A stretch of 64,000 bases of DNA from NCBI GenBank assembly GCA_937867415.1, contig CALMKO010000055.1, forward strand, positions 2,534 to 66,533, read 5' to 3'. This document shows positions 33,737 through 44,055 of the stretch, piece by piece. Source of the DNA: an uncultured Verrucomicrobiota bacterium (GTDB lineage: Bacteria > Verrucomicrobiota > Verrucomicrobiia > Verrucomicrobiales > Akkermansiaceae). The position numbers and the translations under genes were made by a program. The stretch's first letter is position 1; each line of letters begins with the position of its first letter. Below the pieces are notes generated by a model that was given only the letters and a program-made list of their open reading frames with translations, was not told the origin of the DNA and did no database searches.

Positions 33737-35001
33737 GAGAAACTCACGCAGGAGCTATCCCCGCCGAGGGTGAGGGTGGATTGATGGGGCGGGCTTTCTG
33801 CGAGAACCACTCCGTCGCGGACGACGAGGAGCCGGTTGGGTTTCAAGCGCAGGGCGTCGGCAGCGGACTTCGCCTGGAGCACGACAAAGCTGGCGGGGTT
33901 TCCGACGCGGATGCCATAGTCGTCCAGGCCGAGGGTCTTGGCACCATTTTCCGTGATCAAATCAAGCATGACCTCGCTGTGCTCGGGGCGGGTCATTTGG
34001 GTGAGGTGCCAGGCCATCGACGCCACCTCCAGCATGTCAGCGCGGCCCATCGCATACCAAGGGTCCATCACGCAGTCGTGTCCAAGGCTCACGTTGATCC
34101 CTTGTGCGAGCATTTCCGGGATGCGGGTGAGGCCGCGGCGCTTGGGATAGGTGTCGTGGCGACCCTGCAGGGTGATATTGATGAGTGGATTGGCCACGGC
34201 GTGGATGTCCGCCTCCGCCATGAGGGAAAGCAGTTTGCTCACGTAGTAGGAATCCATCGAGTGCATGGAGGTGAGGTGGGAGCCGGTGACGCGGCCGTGG
34301 AGTCCGAGCCGCTGGGTCTGATAGGCGAGGCTCTCGATGTGGCGTGAGAGTGGATCGTCCGATTCATCACAGTGCATGTCCACCCGGAGGCCCCGGCTTG
34401 CGGCGAGCTCGCAGAGCAGCCGGATAGACTCGGCTCCGTCTTGCATGGTGCGCTCGCCGTGGGGGATGCCGCCGATGATTTCCACGCCCATGTCGAGGGC
34501 GCGGGTCATGCGGTTGATTTGCCCGGGCACGCGCAGGTAGCCGTCCTGGGGGAAGGCGACGAGCTGGATGGTGAGATAAGGCTTCATGGCCTCACGGACT
34601 TCCAAAAGGGCTTCTGCGGTGGTGAGCGTTATTTCGGAAACATCCACGTGACTGCGGATGGCACCGATGCCTTGGGCGATGGCCCATTTGCAATAGTGGG
34701 TGGCGCGCTCGACCATCGCCTCACGGGTGACGTTTCTTTTGAGTTCACCCCAGATTTGGATCCCTTCAAAGAGGGTGCCGCTCTGGTTGTGCCGCGGCTG
34801 GCCCAGCGAGAGAACGCTGTCGAGGTGGAAGTGACTGTCAACGAAAGGCGGGGCGAGGTAATTCCCGCCGAGATCCAGAACGCGCGAGGCTCCGTGGGTA
34901 GGGAGATCCGGCGCGATGGCGACGAATTTCCCGCCGTCCACCGCAAGATCGCAAAGCCCGTTGCCGCGGTGGATACACGCGTTTTTGATGATAAGCTGCA
35001 T
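33733..35001 (-). CDS. codA: Cytosine deaminase (CodA-type amidohydrolase)
   Basis: FVDSHFHLD, SGTLFEGIQIW, IRSHVD, VAFPQDG, DMHCDESDD, NPLINITLQGR, GHDCVMDPWY; 4-bp overlap with guaD. Confidence 0.92.
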   Translation of the reverse strand: MQLIIKNACIHRGNGLCDLAVDGGKFVAIAPDLPTHGASRVLDLGGNYLAPPFVDSHFHLDSVLSLGQPRHNQSGTLFEGIQIWGELKRNVTREAMVERATHYCKWAIAQGIGAIRSHVDVSEITLTTAEALLEVREAMKPYLTIQLVAFPQDGYLRVPGQINRMTRALDMGVEIIGGIPHGERTMQDGAESIRLLCELAASRGLRVDMHCDESDDPLSRHIESLAYQTQRLGLHGRVTGSHLTSMHSMDSYYVSKLLSLMAEADIHAVANPLINITLQGRHDTYPKRRGLTRIPEMLAQGINVSLGHDCVMDPWYAMGRADMLEVASMAWHLTQMTRPEHSEVMLDLITENGAKTLGLDDYGIRVGNPASFVVLQAKSAADALRLKPNRLLVVRDGVVLAESPPHQSTLTLGGDSSCVSFS

Positions 35002-35321
35002 GTGAGGATGTTTTAGCGCAAGCTAGGAGCAGGAAGCAGGCCATGCGAGCTTTCAAACCGCAGCGGTCGGACAAAGTTTTTTGGGAAAAGTGGCGGATGA
35101 TTTCTGCGGAAGGTGGCTGTTTTTGTGTTTTTGGTTTCTGTCAGTTGAGGCAGTGAAGTGGTCCCGGAAAACCGAGCCAGCAGTCTGCATGGGCGCAGGC
35201 CGGAGAAATGAGAGCGGCTCCCTGATGCGGCAGCTCATTTTGCGCAAATGCCAGAAGCCTTGCATCTGGCGTCCCCGCTAATACTTGAGGTCAGGCAATC
35301 TGTCGGCAGGCAGGTTTTCTT

Positions 35322-35510
35322 TCACCGGAACTGCTTCTGTCCGGCTTGATAGATGTAGCCGGCTGCTTCCATTTTGGCGATCAGTTGGTCGCGATCGAGA
35401 TCGTGGGTCTTTACCAGATCTTCGAGGTCTTCGCTGAAATCCCGGAGCTCGGTATTGAGGAGTCCCACGAGCAGGTGTGGATCCATGTTGAGAGCGTTTG
35501 AGAGGTTCAT
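35322..35510 (-). CDS. DUF4250-family small protein
   Basis: MDPHLLVGLLNTELRD...GYIYQAGQKQFR matches the DUF4250 pattern. Confidence 0.8.
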   Translation of the reverse strand: MNLSNALNMDPHLLVGLLNTELRDFSEDLEDLVKTHDLDRDQLIAKMEAAGYIYQAGQKQFR

Positions 35511-35534
35511 GTGCTTGCGATCCGGAGTTTTCAG

Positions 35535-36290
35535 TTAGAATCCTGCGTTTGCGGTTTTTGCGAGGTTGTCTTTTGAAATGTCAGGGTCTTTTGTGGACTT
35601 GGGAGCAGGGGGGGCTTGTTTCAGGGTTCCGCCATTCTTCTCCAGGTAACCGAATTTCTCCTTGAGGACGCGGTTTCTTTCTCCAACGGTTTTGCCTTCA
35701 CCGCCCATCAGTTGCTTCATTTCAGCGTCCATATCAACGTCTTTCATTCCTGTCTGATCCGAGCTAACTCCCATGGATACCGTGGCGTTGTCAATGTCGG
35801 TCGCCCGTGTTGCGATTTTGGCGAGCGATTTCTTGTAAGTGGCGACGATCGAGGCGACATCGCCAGCAGATTTGATTTCCGCGATGGCTTGCTTTGCAGC
35901 TAACACGCGCTGGGGAGAATGGACGAACCATGCAAAGCTTCCTCCGGTGAGACCCAAGAAGATGACGACTGTTGCGATCAGTTCTCTCCGGCGTTTTGAA
36001 ACTTTCCGGCGGTGCTGCTCGTCGAGGAGGGCTCCGAGTTCAGCAGAAACGGTGTCGCACAGTCCTGCTTGGGCGAGTGGGACAACTAGGTCTGAAGATC
36101 CCGGAAGAGTGGGTTCTTGAGGCGGTTCAGCCGTGACTTGACACATCGCAGGTGCAGGAGCGGGTGCAGGCACCTGCTGTTGGGTCGAAGTCACCGTTGG
36201 AAATGCCCTCGCCAAGCTGGCTTGCTTTTCGCTCGTGTCGAGAAGTGCTGCTTGGAACAGTTTTTGCATTCGTTCGTTGTCCGGATTCAT
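35535..36290 (-). CDS. Hypothetical bitopic membrane protein
   Basis: Pro/Ala/Gln-rich N-terminus; basic stretch RRKVSKRRRE; single TM; helical C-terminal domain. Confidence 0.7.
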   Translation of the reverse strand: MNPDNERMQKLFQAALLDTSEKQASLARAFPTVTSTQQQVPAPAPAPAMCQVTAEPPQEPTLPGSSDLVVPLAQAGLCDTVSAELGALLDEQHRRKVSKRRRELIATVVIFLGLTGGSFAWFVHSPQRVLAAKQAIAEIKSAGDVASIVATYKKSLAKIATRATDIDNATVSMGVSSDQTGMKDVDMDAEMKQLMGGEGKTVGERNRVLKEKFGYLEKNGGTLKQAPPAPKSTKDPDISKDNLAKTANAGF

Positions 36291-36336
36291 GACGTCCCTA
36301 AGATATCAAGATTGTTAAGGGATGTGAACCACGTAA

Positions 36337-37254
36337 TCACGTAAGTGAGCGGATGGGTGGGCGTTCGGGTTCGGGAATGACTTTGGATTTTTGCTGGGCA
36401 TTCTCGCTCGTGACCGACCAATATTGATGGAGATCAGGCAGCGGCGTGGAAAGTGAGAGCTTGCCATCGCGCTGGAGGCGGCGGAGAACCACTTGAAGAA
36501 TGGCGAAGGCCATGCTGCCGAGCTCGTCATCGTCCCGGTTCCGATGGATGCGCTTGACGAGGTCAGTTTGGGCGATGCGAGAGCTCTTGCCATCTCGCGC
36601 GAGATCGATGAGGTGGGCGATTTCCACCCCATAGCCGACGGGAAATGAGAGGGACTCCAAGGTGCTGCGGCGGGCGGCGTATTCCCCGGAGAGCGGTTGA
36701 ATCATGAAGCTGAGTTCCGGATAGAAAAGCGAGATGAGCGGGCGGACGAGAATTTCCGAGACCCGCCCGCCGCCGGTGGAGTGGAATTCATCACCATAAG
36801 CGAGCGGGCGTTCGTAGAAAGCCTTGACGTAGTCGATGTTGGGGTTTTCCAAAAGCGGGCCGATCAAGCCGGTGACGTAGCCGCCATGGAATTCCGAGAT
36901 GTCGCCGTCGATATAACAGATCATGTCCCCGGTGGTGGCGTGGAGGGCTTTCCAGAGATTTTCGCCCTTGCCGATGAAGGATTTGCCGTCGGGACGGATG
37001 TCGTCGGCGCGGAAAACCGTGGCTCCGAACGCGCTGGCGATTTCACGCGTCGGGTCGCTGGAGTTGGAGTCGATCACGAGGATTTCATCGACGAGCGGCC
37101 GGAGCTCCTGGTGGATGGTGGAGACGATGGGGCCGATGGTGGCGGCTTCGTTGAGCGTGGGGATGCAAACGGAGATGCGGTGGGAGCCCTTGAGGGCGAG
37201 CAGGGCTTTCATGTCGGCGAACTGCCGATGATGAAAACGCATGGGAGTGGGCAT
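36337..37254 (-). CDS. gpgS: Glucosyl-3-phosphoglycerate synthase (GT-A fold)
   Basis: ISVCIPTLNEAATIG, GKGENLWK, YIDGD, YVKAFYERP, GGRVSEILVRP, QPLSGEYAARR, YGVEI, HRNR. Confidence 0.9.
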   Translation of the reverse strand: MPTPMRFHHRQFADMKALLALKGSHRISVCIPTLNEAATIGPIVSTIHQELRPLVDEILVIDSNSSDPTREIASAFGATVFRADDIRPDGKSFIGKGENLWKALHATTGDMICYIDGDISEFHGGYVTGLIGPLLENPNIDYVKAFYERPLAYGDEFHSTGGGRVSEILVRPLISLFYPELSFMIQPLSGEYAARRSTLESLSFPVGYGVEIAHLIDLARDGKSSRIAQTDLVKRIHRNRDDDELGSMAFAILQVVLRRLQRDGKLSLSTPLPDLHQYWSVTSENAQQKSKVIPEPERPPIRSLT

Positions 37255-37368
37255 GGCGGATTCCTAGCGGTGCGTTGCGGGATGCGCAAGGACGATGCGT
37301 GAATCGTGCAAACGGTTGCTCGTGGGGCTTTTTCTTGGCGTTTGACGATAAAGCCGCATGATTTCCGC

Positions 37369-37989
37369 ATGCGGTTGGTGTTTTGGTTTCTGTTTCTCGG
37401 TGCGTTGGTTCTCTTGATTTGGGGAATCTGGGGTGACGACTGGAGCGCGCGATTCACGTGGGTGGGGAGTGTGAAATACTTGGAAGACGCCGGACCTTGG
37501 GGCTGGCCGCTTGGAATTCTACTGCTGGTGGGGGACTTTGTGTTTCCGATTCCAGGGACGATCGTGATCTCCGCGATGGGCTATGTTTACGGTGTGCTGC
37601 TGGGTGGAGTTCTGGCGACGGTGGGCTTGATGCTGGCGGGGCTGTTAGGCTATGGTGTCGGGCGGATTTGTGGGGAGTGTCGCGCACGCCGCTGGCTGGG
37701 AAGCAACGACTACGAGGCCGGGCAGCGTTTGTTTCGGGAAGGTGGTGGATGGGTTGTTGCTTTATCGCGGGCCGTGCCGATCCTGCCCGAGGTGATTTCG
37801 TGTACGGCGGGCTTGGTGCGGATGCCATTCAAGCGATTTGTCCTGGCCCTGAGTTGTGGATGTGTGCCCATGGGCTTTGTGTTTTCCGCGATCGGCAGTC
37901 TGGGCAAGGAGGCTCCCGTTTGGACGCTTGGACTGAGTCTGGTGGTTCCGGGGTTGCTGTGGTGGATTGCCAGTCGGGTGGTGCGGTGA
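37369..37989 (+). CDS. VTT/DedA (TVP38/TMEM64) family membrane protein
   Basis: Multi-TM; FPIPGT, GYGVGR, SRAVPILPE, AGLVRMPFKRF. Confidence 0.85.
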   Translation: MRLVFWFLFLGALVLLIWGIWGDDWSARFTWVGSVKYLEDAGPWGWPLGILLLVGDFVFPIPGTIVISAMGYVYGVLLGGVLATVGLMLAGLLGYGVGRICGECRARRWLGSNDYEAGQRLFREGGGWVVALSRAVPILPEVISCTAGLVRMPFKRFVLALSCGCVPMGFVFSAIGSLGKEAPVWTLGLSLVVPGLLWWIASRVVR

Positions 37990-38043
37990 ATGCTTTTTAC
38001 AATCCGGTCTTGAGTCCTCGTCGAGATTCCTCAGATTCGTCTG

Positions 38044-39282
38044 GTGCGCATCGAAATCATCAACACCGGGACCGAACTGCTTCTCGGAAACACTCTGAAC
38101 ACTCATGGAGCCTGGTTCGGGCGTGAGCTCTTTAAACTCGGGCTGCGTATTTCGCGGCAAACGACGGTTCCGGACGGCGATGCGATTCGCGAGTCGTTGC
38201 AAGAAGCGATTTCCCGGGCGGATGCGGTGATCGTGACCGGCGGCCTTGGACCCACGAGTGATGATTTGACGCGGGAGATCACTGCGGAGGTTCTCGGAGT
38301 GGAGATGATGATGGATGAGGCGGCCCTTCGGTCGATGGAGGCGTTTTTCGCGACGCGTGGCTTGCCGATGGCGGACTCGAATCGGAAACAAGCGCTTTGT
38401 TTGATCGGGGCTGACACTCTCCCAAATCTCCATGGAACCGCGCCTGGGGTCTACGTGCCGCCGCGTCTGAATGGTAAGTCGAACTGTGCGGTGTTCCTGC
38501 TGCCAGGGCCGCCGCGCGAGCTTTATCCGATGGTGCATCAGGAGGTTCTTCCCCGTTTGCGCGCGCTTGCAGGTTTGGAGTCCGTGAACGAGGCTTTGGT
38601 GTTGAAATTCACAGGCATCGGTGAAAGCAGTTTTCACGAGCATGTGGACGAGCAGCTGTCCAGAATCCCGGGGCTGGAGTATGGCTACTGCGCCCACATC
38701 GGCGAGGTGGACCTGCGCTTGATTGGTAACGAAGCGGCACTTGCGCAAGGGCGTAGAATCGCCCTGGAGCATTTTGAGAGTCATCTGATCAGTGATGATG
38801 AAAGCTCGATGGAAAAAACCGTGGTGCGGCTGCTCGCCAAGAACAAGATGACCCTTGCGATCGCGGAAAGCTGCACCGGCGGGTTGATTTCTAACAGGAT
38901 TACGAATGTTCCGGGTTCCAGCGAAGTTTTCACCCATGGCTTTGTGACCTATGCGAACGAAGCGAAAGTCGGGATGCTCGGGGTCGCTGCGGAGGAGATC
39001 GCCCTCCACGGTGCGGTAAGCGAGCAGGTGGCGCGGGCAATGGCGGAAGGAGCGCTGAAGGTCAGTGGCGCCTGTATCACCGTTTCCGTGACGGGTATCG
39101 CAGGCCCGGGAGGAGGGACCGAGGACAAGCCGGTGGGCACGGCATGGATTGGGCTGGCGACGCGCGCGGGATTCACCTCAGCATTCAAGGTCTTTCATCC
39201 GAGAAATCGGAAGGATTTCAAACTCGCGGTCAGTCAGTCAGCCCTGGAGGCGGTGAGGCGGCATTTGAAATCGCTGGGTTGA
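38044..39282 (+). CDS. cinA: CinA-family protein (MoCF-like domain plus NMN deamidase PncC domain)
   Basis: INTGTELLLG, VTGGLGPTSDDLTRE, LPGPPREL, AESCTGG, GAVSEQVARAMAEG, SVTGIAGPGGG. Confidence 0.93.
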   Translation: MRIEIINTGTELLLGNTLNTHGAWFGRELFKLGLRISRQTTVPDGDAIRESLQEAISRADAVIVTGGLGPTSDDLTREITAEVLGVEMMMDEAALRSMEAFFATRGLPMADSNRKQALCLIGADTLPNLHGTAPGVYVPPRLNGKSNCAVFLLPGPPRELYPMVHQEVLPRLRALAGLESVNEALVLKFTGIGESSFHEHVDEQLSRIPGLEYGYCAHIGEVDLRLIGNEAALAQGRRIALEHFESHLISDDESSMEKTVVRLLAKNKMTLAIAESCTGGLISNRITNVPGSSEVFTHGFVTYANEAKVGMLGVAAEEIALHGAVSEQVARAMAEGALKVSGACITVSVTGIAGPGGGTEDKPVGTAWIGLATRAGFTSAFKVFHPRNRKDFKLAVSQSALEAVRRHLKSLG

Positions 39283-39306
39283 ACGAAACCCATTCATCAT
39301 TTTGCC

Positions 39307-40191
39307 ATGTCACGGATCATTCACTTCCTGATTTTACCGAGTCTTCTCGGGCAGGCTCAAGTTCCCATGGTTCCCGGTGCGGAGCTTCAATTGGTCGCGG
39401 CAGATTACAAGTTTACCGAAGGCCCCGCCGTAGATGAAAAGGGCGATGTGTATTTCACGGACCAGCCGAACGACCGGATTCTCAAGTGGACGGCTGCTGA
39501 TAACAAGGTCGAGACGTTCCTCCAGCCAGCAGGCCGGTCAAATGGACTGTATGTGGACCGGGAGGGGAAGTTGATCGCTTGTGCTGACGAAATGGGTCAG
39601 TTGCTGCGCATTGATCCCGCGACCAAGGAGCGGGTGGTCTTGCTGGATCGCTATGATGGAAAATTGTTCAATGGACCGAACGATGTCTGGGTGGACCCTG
39701 CCGGTGGTATGTATTTCACGGATCCATTTTACAAAAGGGATTACTGGAAAGGCCGCGAGATGCCTGAGCAGGAGAAACAGCGGCTTTATCATCTTCCCAA
39801 AGATGCCAAGGTTCCAGTCGTGGTTGATGATTCTCTTGTTCAGCCGAATGGAATCATCGGTTCTCCGGATGGAAAGTGGTTATATGTGGCGGATATAGGT
39901 GACCAGAAGACTTATCAGTATGAGATCGCCGCGGATGGCTCGCTGGTGAAGCGCCGGATTTTCTGTGAGATGGGTTCGGATGGCATGACGCTTGATGGTG
40001 AAGGAAACCTGTATCTCACGGGCAAGGGGGTGACGGTGTTCGATCGGGGCGGCAGGAAGCTTGGCACGGTCGAGGTGCCTGAGGGCTGGACGGCGAATGT
40101 GACCTTCGGTGGTGTCCGGATGAAGACCTTGTTCATCACTGCGATGGACTCGATTTATACCTTGGAGATGGCGGTGCGGGGCTGCCGGTGA
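39307..40191 (+). CDS. SMP-30/gluconolactonase/LRE family protein
   Basis: Signal peptide; FTEGP, SNG, FNGPND, FTDP, QPNGI, SDGMTLD, ANVTFGG. Confidence 0.92.
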   Translation: MSRIIHFLILPSLLGQAQVPMVPGAELQLVAADYKFTEGPAVDEKGDVYFTDQPNDRILKWTAADNKVETFLQPAGRSNGLYVDREGKLIACADEMGQLLRIDPATKERVVLLDRYDGKLFNGPNDVWVDPAGGMYFTDPFYKRDYWKGREMPEQEKQRLYHLPKDAKVPVVVDDSLVQPNGIIGSPDGKWLYVADIGDQKTYQYEIAADGSLVKRRIFCEMGSDGMTLDGEGNLYLTGKGVTVFDRGGRKLGTVEVPEGWTANVTFGGVRMKTLFITAMDSIYTLEMAVRGCR

Positions 40192-40197
40192 GAGAGT

Positions 40198-41076
40198 TCA
40201 TTGGGGCGTCGAGCTGAGCCAGTCCAGGCGCATTTGCAGCTTGGCTCGGCGTTCTTCGGAAGGACTGGGATAGAGGATGGGATACCATGCACTCATCACT
40301 GCGGCACGGGCGATGAGGCATTGGTGGAGCACGGTGTGATCGATGGTGCCGCCGGATTTCTGATAGGCGTGTAGGATGGCATCTGCGGAGATGTTGTCGT
40401 TCTCAAGGATGCGGGCATTCCAGATGATGGAGGCGAGGTCCCACTCGATCGGGCCGGAGAAGGTGTCTTCCCAGTCCGTCCAGAGCAGGCCTTGGGTGGT
40501 TTGCATGAGATTGCCGGGGTGGGCGTCGCCATGAAGTGGCTGGAGCGGATGGCAGGCGAGCTTGGTGAGTGATGCTTCAAGATGCCCGTCTAGCAGGCTC
40601 AGGGTGGGGCGTGGGAAAAGCTCGCGCTGAGCCAGGATTTCTAACAAAGATCGGGTTTCGTGAAGGATTCCAAGCTCTGGAAGCGGGTGCGTGAAATCTT
40701 GCAAAAGGTGATGGCATTGATAGAGTGTCTTGCCGATCATGGACGGTTCGGGCGCGGCCTCGGTCCGGGTGACGAATTGCCAGAAGTTGAGGGTATATCC
40801 CAAGTGCTCATGGGGGCCTGGAGGGAGCTCCGGGTGCATGGGGATGACAGGTGCGCCGTGACCGGCAAGGAATTGTGCCACGGCATTTTCCCGGATGAAC
40901 CAGGCGGAGCCCTTTCTGGGGCCTTCGAGGTCGGTGACGACCCGGGCAACGAGCGATTCCGTGAGGCGGAGGACAAGGGTGCTGCCGTCTTGCAGGATGT
41001 CGCAGCGGTCGGCGATGCAGCCGTGAAGAGAGGCTGCCTCCTTGGCGGCGCGGATGGGAAGGTCGAGTTTGGACAT
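40198..41076 (-). CDS. Aminoglycoside phosphotransferase / choline kinase-like family protein
   Basis: Brenner motif LHGDAHPGN and WTDWED. Likely start ATG 41076. Confidence 0.85.
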   Translation of the reverse strand: MSKLDLPIRAAKEAASLHGCIADRCDILQDGSTLVLRLTESLVARVVTDLEGPRKGSAWFIRENAVAQFLAGHGAPVIPMHPELPPGPHEHLGYTLNFWQFVTRTEAAPEPSMIGKTLYQCHHLLQDFTHPLPELGILHETRSLLEILAQRELFPRPTLSLLDGHLEASLTKLACHPLQPLHGDAHPGNLMQTTQGLLWTDWEDTFSGPIEWDLASIIWNARILENDNISADAILHAYQKSGGTIDHTVLHQCLIARAAVMSAWYPILYPSPSEERRAKLQMRLDWLSSTPQ

Positions 41077-41164
41077 GGAAAATGAATTGGAATGGAGTTC
41101 GGGGACGTGGTTAGTGAAGTTGCGGCTTGGCAGAAGGGCAAATGCGGAGTGCGATGAGGGGGAG

Positions 41165-43177
41165 ATGATTTCAATCAGTGAAGGCCAGCCGATTCCCGGA
41201 TTCAGCGATTCGGTGCGCGATGCATTTTCACGCAAGGGGCTTTTGGCGAAGTCCAAGGATTTTGAATATCGGCCGCAGCAGCAGGAACTGGCGGTGGCCG
41301 TTGCGGAGTCTTTGGTGGGCGCCCAGCCCTTGGTCGCCGAGGCTGGAACCGGAGTGGGGAAGTCGCTGGCCTATTTGGTTCCGGCGGCCCGGTTTGCGAT
41401 TGAAACGGGCCGCAAGGGGATCATTTCGACCCATACCATCAATTTGCAGGAGCAGTTGGTGAGGAAGGATATTCCGATCGTAAGGAAGATTCTGGGGCAT
41501 GATTTACCGGCGGTTTTGTTGAAGGGGCGTCAAAACTACCTATGTCCCTTGCGGCTGCGGCGTGCGCAGGAGCAGGCGGCAGATCTTTTCACCAGCACTG
41601 AAAGTGAGGAGCTGGAGGCGATCCGGAAATGGGCAGAGACGACGCGGGATGGAACGCTGAGTGATTTGCATTTCCAACCACAGATGAAGGTTTGGTTGCA
41701 GGTGTGCAGTGAGGCGCATCTTTGTACGGCGAGAAACTGCGGGCCGCGGGGAAACTGTTTTTTCCAAGAGGCACGCAAAGCCGCGGCGGACGCGGCCCTG
41801 ATCGTAGTGAACCATACCTTGTTTTTTGCCTTGCTGAATACCGACGAGGTTGCTGGCGAGGATGACGAGGATGACAAGAAGAAGGTGAATGGTTTTTTGT
41901 TTCCCAATGACTTTGCGATTCTTGATGAGGCGCACACCATCGAGCAGGTGGCCGCGATTCAACTGGGTTTGCGGGTTTCTCAATCCGGGCTGCGTTTTGA
42001 TTTGCAGCGGCTCTACCATCCGCGCACCCGTAAGGGTTTGTTGAAAGGGTTTCGCAAGGCTTCAGCGCTGACGGCGGTCGAGGCGGCTTTGGTGGCGGCG
42101 GATCGCTTTTTCCACCAGGTGGGCGATGTGGCGAAGTTTGGAAATTATTCCAAGGAGTGTCGGATCCGCGAGAGCGAGGTGGTGCCGAACACGCTTGCGG
42201 AACCGCTGCGGAGGCTGTGGTTGGAAATCGATGACCTGGCGGCGGATGTGGATTCCGACACGACCCGTGCCGAGTTGCAGGATGCCGCTCGGCGGCTGCG
42301 TGAGGCACATGGTTCCATCGGGGTTTTCCTCGACCAGGCAACTGACGAGAGCGTCTATTGGGTCGAGCGAAGCGGCAGGGACGAGCAGCAGTTCAGCCTG
42401 CATGCCGCACCTGTGAATGTCGCGGAGCGGCTCAGGCCTTTGTTGTTCGCGGGGAAGAAAAGCCTGGTCCTCACCAGCGCGACTCTGGGGGTGGGGGATC
42501 CCAAGCTCGGCTACTTCCGCAGTCGCGTGGGAGCGGAAAAGGCACGAGCGCTTTGCATCGGCAGCCCCTTTGACTACCAACGGCAGATGAAGATCCGGAT
42601 TTACAAGTCCGTGCCGGATCCGGGGACGCCCAAGTATGATGAGATGCTAGCGTCGGCGATCCAGCAGTCGGTGTTAGAGAGCGATGGCCGGGCGTTTGTA
42701 TTGTTTACGAGCTATCGGACCATGCGTGACGCCGCACAGCGCCTTGAGAGTTTTTTCCGGACCCAGGGCTGGCGGGTGTTTTTACAGGGCGACGGGATGC
42801 CGCGTCACCGGATGATCGAGGAATTCCGGAATGATGTGCACAGCGTCTTGTTCGGGACCGATAGTTTTTGGACCGGGGTGGATGTCCCGGGCGAGGCGCT
42901 GTCGAATGTGATCGTGACGCGGCTTCCCTTTGCTGTGCCGGATCATCCGCTGGTTGCCTCGCGACTGGAAGCCATCGAGGCCGCAGGAGGGAATCCCTTC
43001 ATGGATTATTCCGTGCCTGAAGCCATTCTCAAGATGCGGCAGGGCGTCGGGCGCTTGATTCGCACCGAGCGGGACAAGGGACTGGTTTGCATCTTGGACA
43101 ACCGGATTCTCACAAAACGCTACGGCCAGGTTTTCTTGAAGGCCCTGCCGGATGCGCCGGTGGAAATTATCAGTTAG
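41165..43177 (+). CDS. dinG: DinG/YoaA-family ATP-dependent helicase
   Basis: Q motif [18 protein letters not shown], four-Cys Fe-S region, [33 protein letters not shown]. Confidence 0.93.
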   Translation: MISISEGQPIPGFSDSVRDAFSRKGLLAKSKDFEYRPQQQELAVAVAESLVGAQPLVAEAGTGVGKSLAYLVPAARFAIETGRKGIISTHTINLQEQLVRKDIPIVRKILGHDLPAVLLKGRQNYLCPLRLRRAQEQAADLFTSTESEELEAIRKWAETTRDGTLSDLHFQPQMKVWLQVCSEAHLCTARNCGPRGNCFFQEARKAAADAALIVVNHTLFFALLNTDEVAGEDDEDDKKKVNGFLFPNDFAILDEAHTIEQVAAIQLGLRVSQSGLRFDLQRLYHPRTRKGLLKGFRKASALTAVEAALVAADRFFHQVGDVAKFGNYSKECRIRESEVVPNTLAEPLRRLWLEIDDLAADVDSDTTRAELQDAARRLREAHGSIGVFLDQATDESVYWVERSGRDEQQFSLHAAPVNVAERLRPLLFAGKKSLVLTSATLGVGDPKLGYFRSRVGAEKARALCIGSPFDYQRQMKIRIYKSVPDPGTPKYDEMLASAIQQSVLESDGRAFVLFTSYRTMRDAAQRLESFFRTQGWRVFLQGDGMPRHRMIEEFRNDVHSVLFGTDSFWTGVDVPGEALSNVIVTRLPFAVPDHPLVASRLEAIEAAGGNPFMDYSVPEAILKMRQGVGRLIRTERDKGLVCILDNRILTKRYGQVFLKALPDAPVEIIS

Positions 43178-43899
43178 ATCCCGGCCGGCTCCACCGGGCT
43201 GAGGCGGGCGATGGTGATTTTCAGAGATGCGCTATCCCACTGGCCAGGCGCTGTGGCGGTTTCACCGAGGTATCCATAGTTAAGCACGCTGCCGCTCTGT
43301 GCGCAGAGCAGGCGGGAAACCGCGCCAAGCGGCCCCATGCCCATGGTGGCGACCGGTATGGGGTGGTCTTCGAGTTGGAACTCGGCAAGCCGCGCGAGAT
43401 CGGCGGGTGAGTTGAGTCTGGCCGCTGCCTTGAAAGCTGCCGCTCCCGCGCTTGCCGCCTGTTCCGCTGCTTCGAGCATGGTCTCCCGGGACGGTAGGCG
43501 GTCGAAGTCGTGATAGGAGGCGATCCAAGGAATTCCGAGCCGCCCCAGCTCGCCTAACAGTGGTTTCATTTCCGAAATGCTCGCCACCTCGATGTCGATC
43601 AGCGCGCTTTCATCCAGTACCTGAAGCAGCAGGCTGCTGCGGGTCTTGGCATCCATTGCCAGTCCACCGCCCTCTTCCACTCTCCGGGCCGTAAAGAGCA
43701 GGGGTGCAGGGGTCAAATGTTTCCATGGCTTCGAAGCGACGTTGGCACCATCGGCGACGAGGAGGTCAAGGCGGATTTCGGCGATGTCGCAGCTCTCCAA
43801 CACCGAAAAGCGAGCCGTTTTCTGGAGAGCGTTGATGCTGCCAAAGCTCCCCACAATGTTGATTCGGCGGTTTGTCAGTTGAAATCTGGCGTGCTCCAT
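43174..43899 (-). CDS. aroD: Type I 3-dehydroquinate dehydratase
   Basis: [30 protein letters not shown], Schiff-base Lys in AFKAA, MGMG..G..SRL, APGQ. Confidence 0.9.
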   Translation of the reverse strand: MEHARFQLTNRRINIVGSFGSINALQKTARFSVLESCDIAEIRLDLLVADGANVASKPWKHLTPAPLLFTARRVEEGGGLAMDAKTRSSLLLQVLDESALIDIEVASISEMKPLLGELGRLGIPWIASYHDFDRLPSRETMLEAAEQAASAGAAAFKAAARLNSPADLARLAEFQLEDHPIPVATMGMGPLGAVSRLLCAQSGSVLNYGYLGETATAPGQWDSASLKITIARLSPVEPAGI

Positions 43900-44055
43900 G
43901 CGGGATTCTGCTTGGGTAAGCGGCGAGTCGTCAATCGCTTGTGTGGGCGGATGGCTCCCCGTGTATTTACTTTTCGGGAAATATTTGAAAGAAACCGCGA
44001 TTTTCTCTGGTCAACCCGAAACCGAATTTCCTAAGTTCCTTCAAACCCGCACCGC

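Noticed and set aside
35101-35240. SRP RNA or riboswitch in the codA leader (GGTCCCGGAAAACC...)
   Set aside because: Does not match the SRP helix-8 core CAGGTCCGGAAGGAAGCAGC or any purine/guanidine riboswitch consensus I know.
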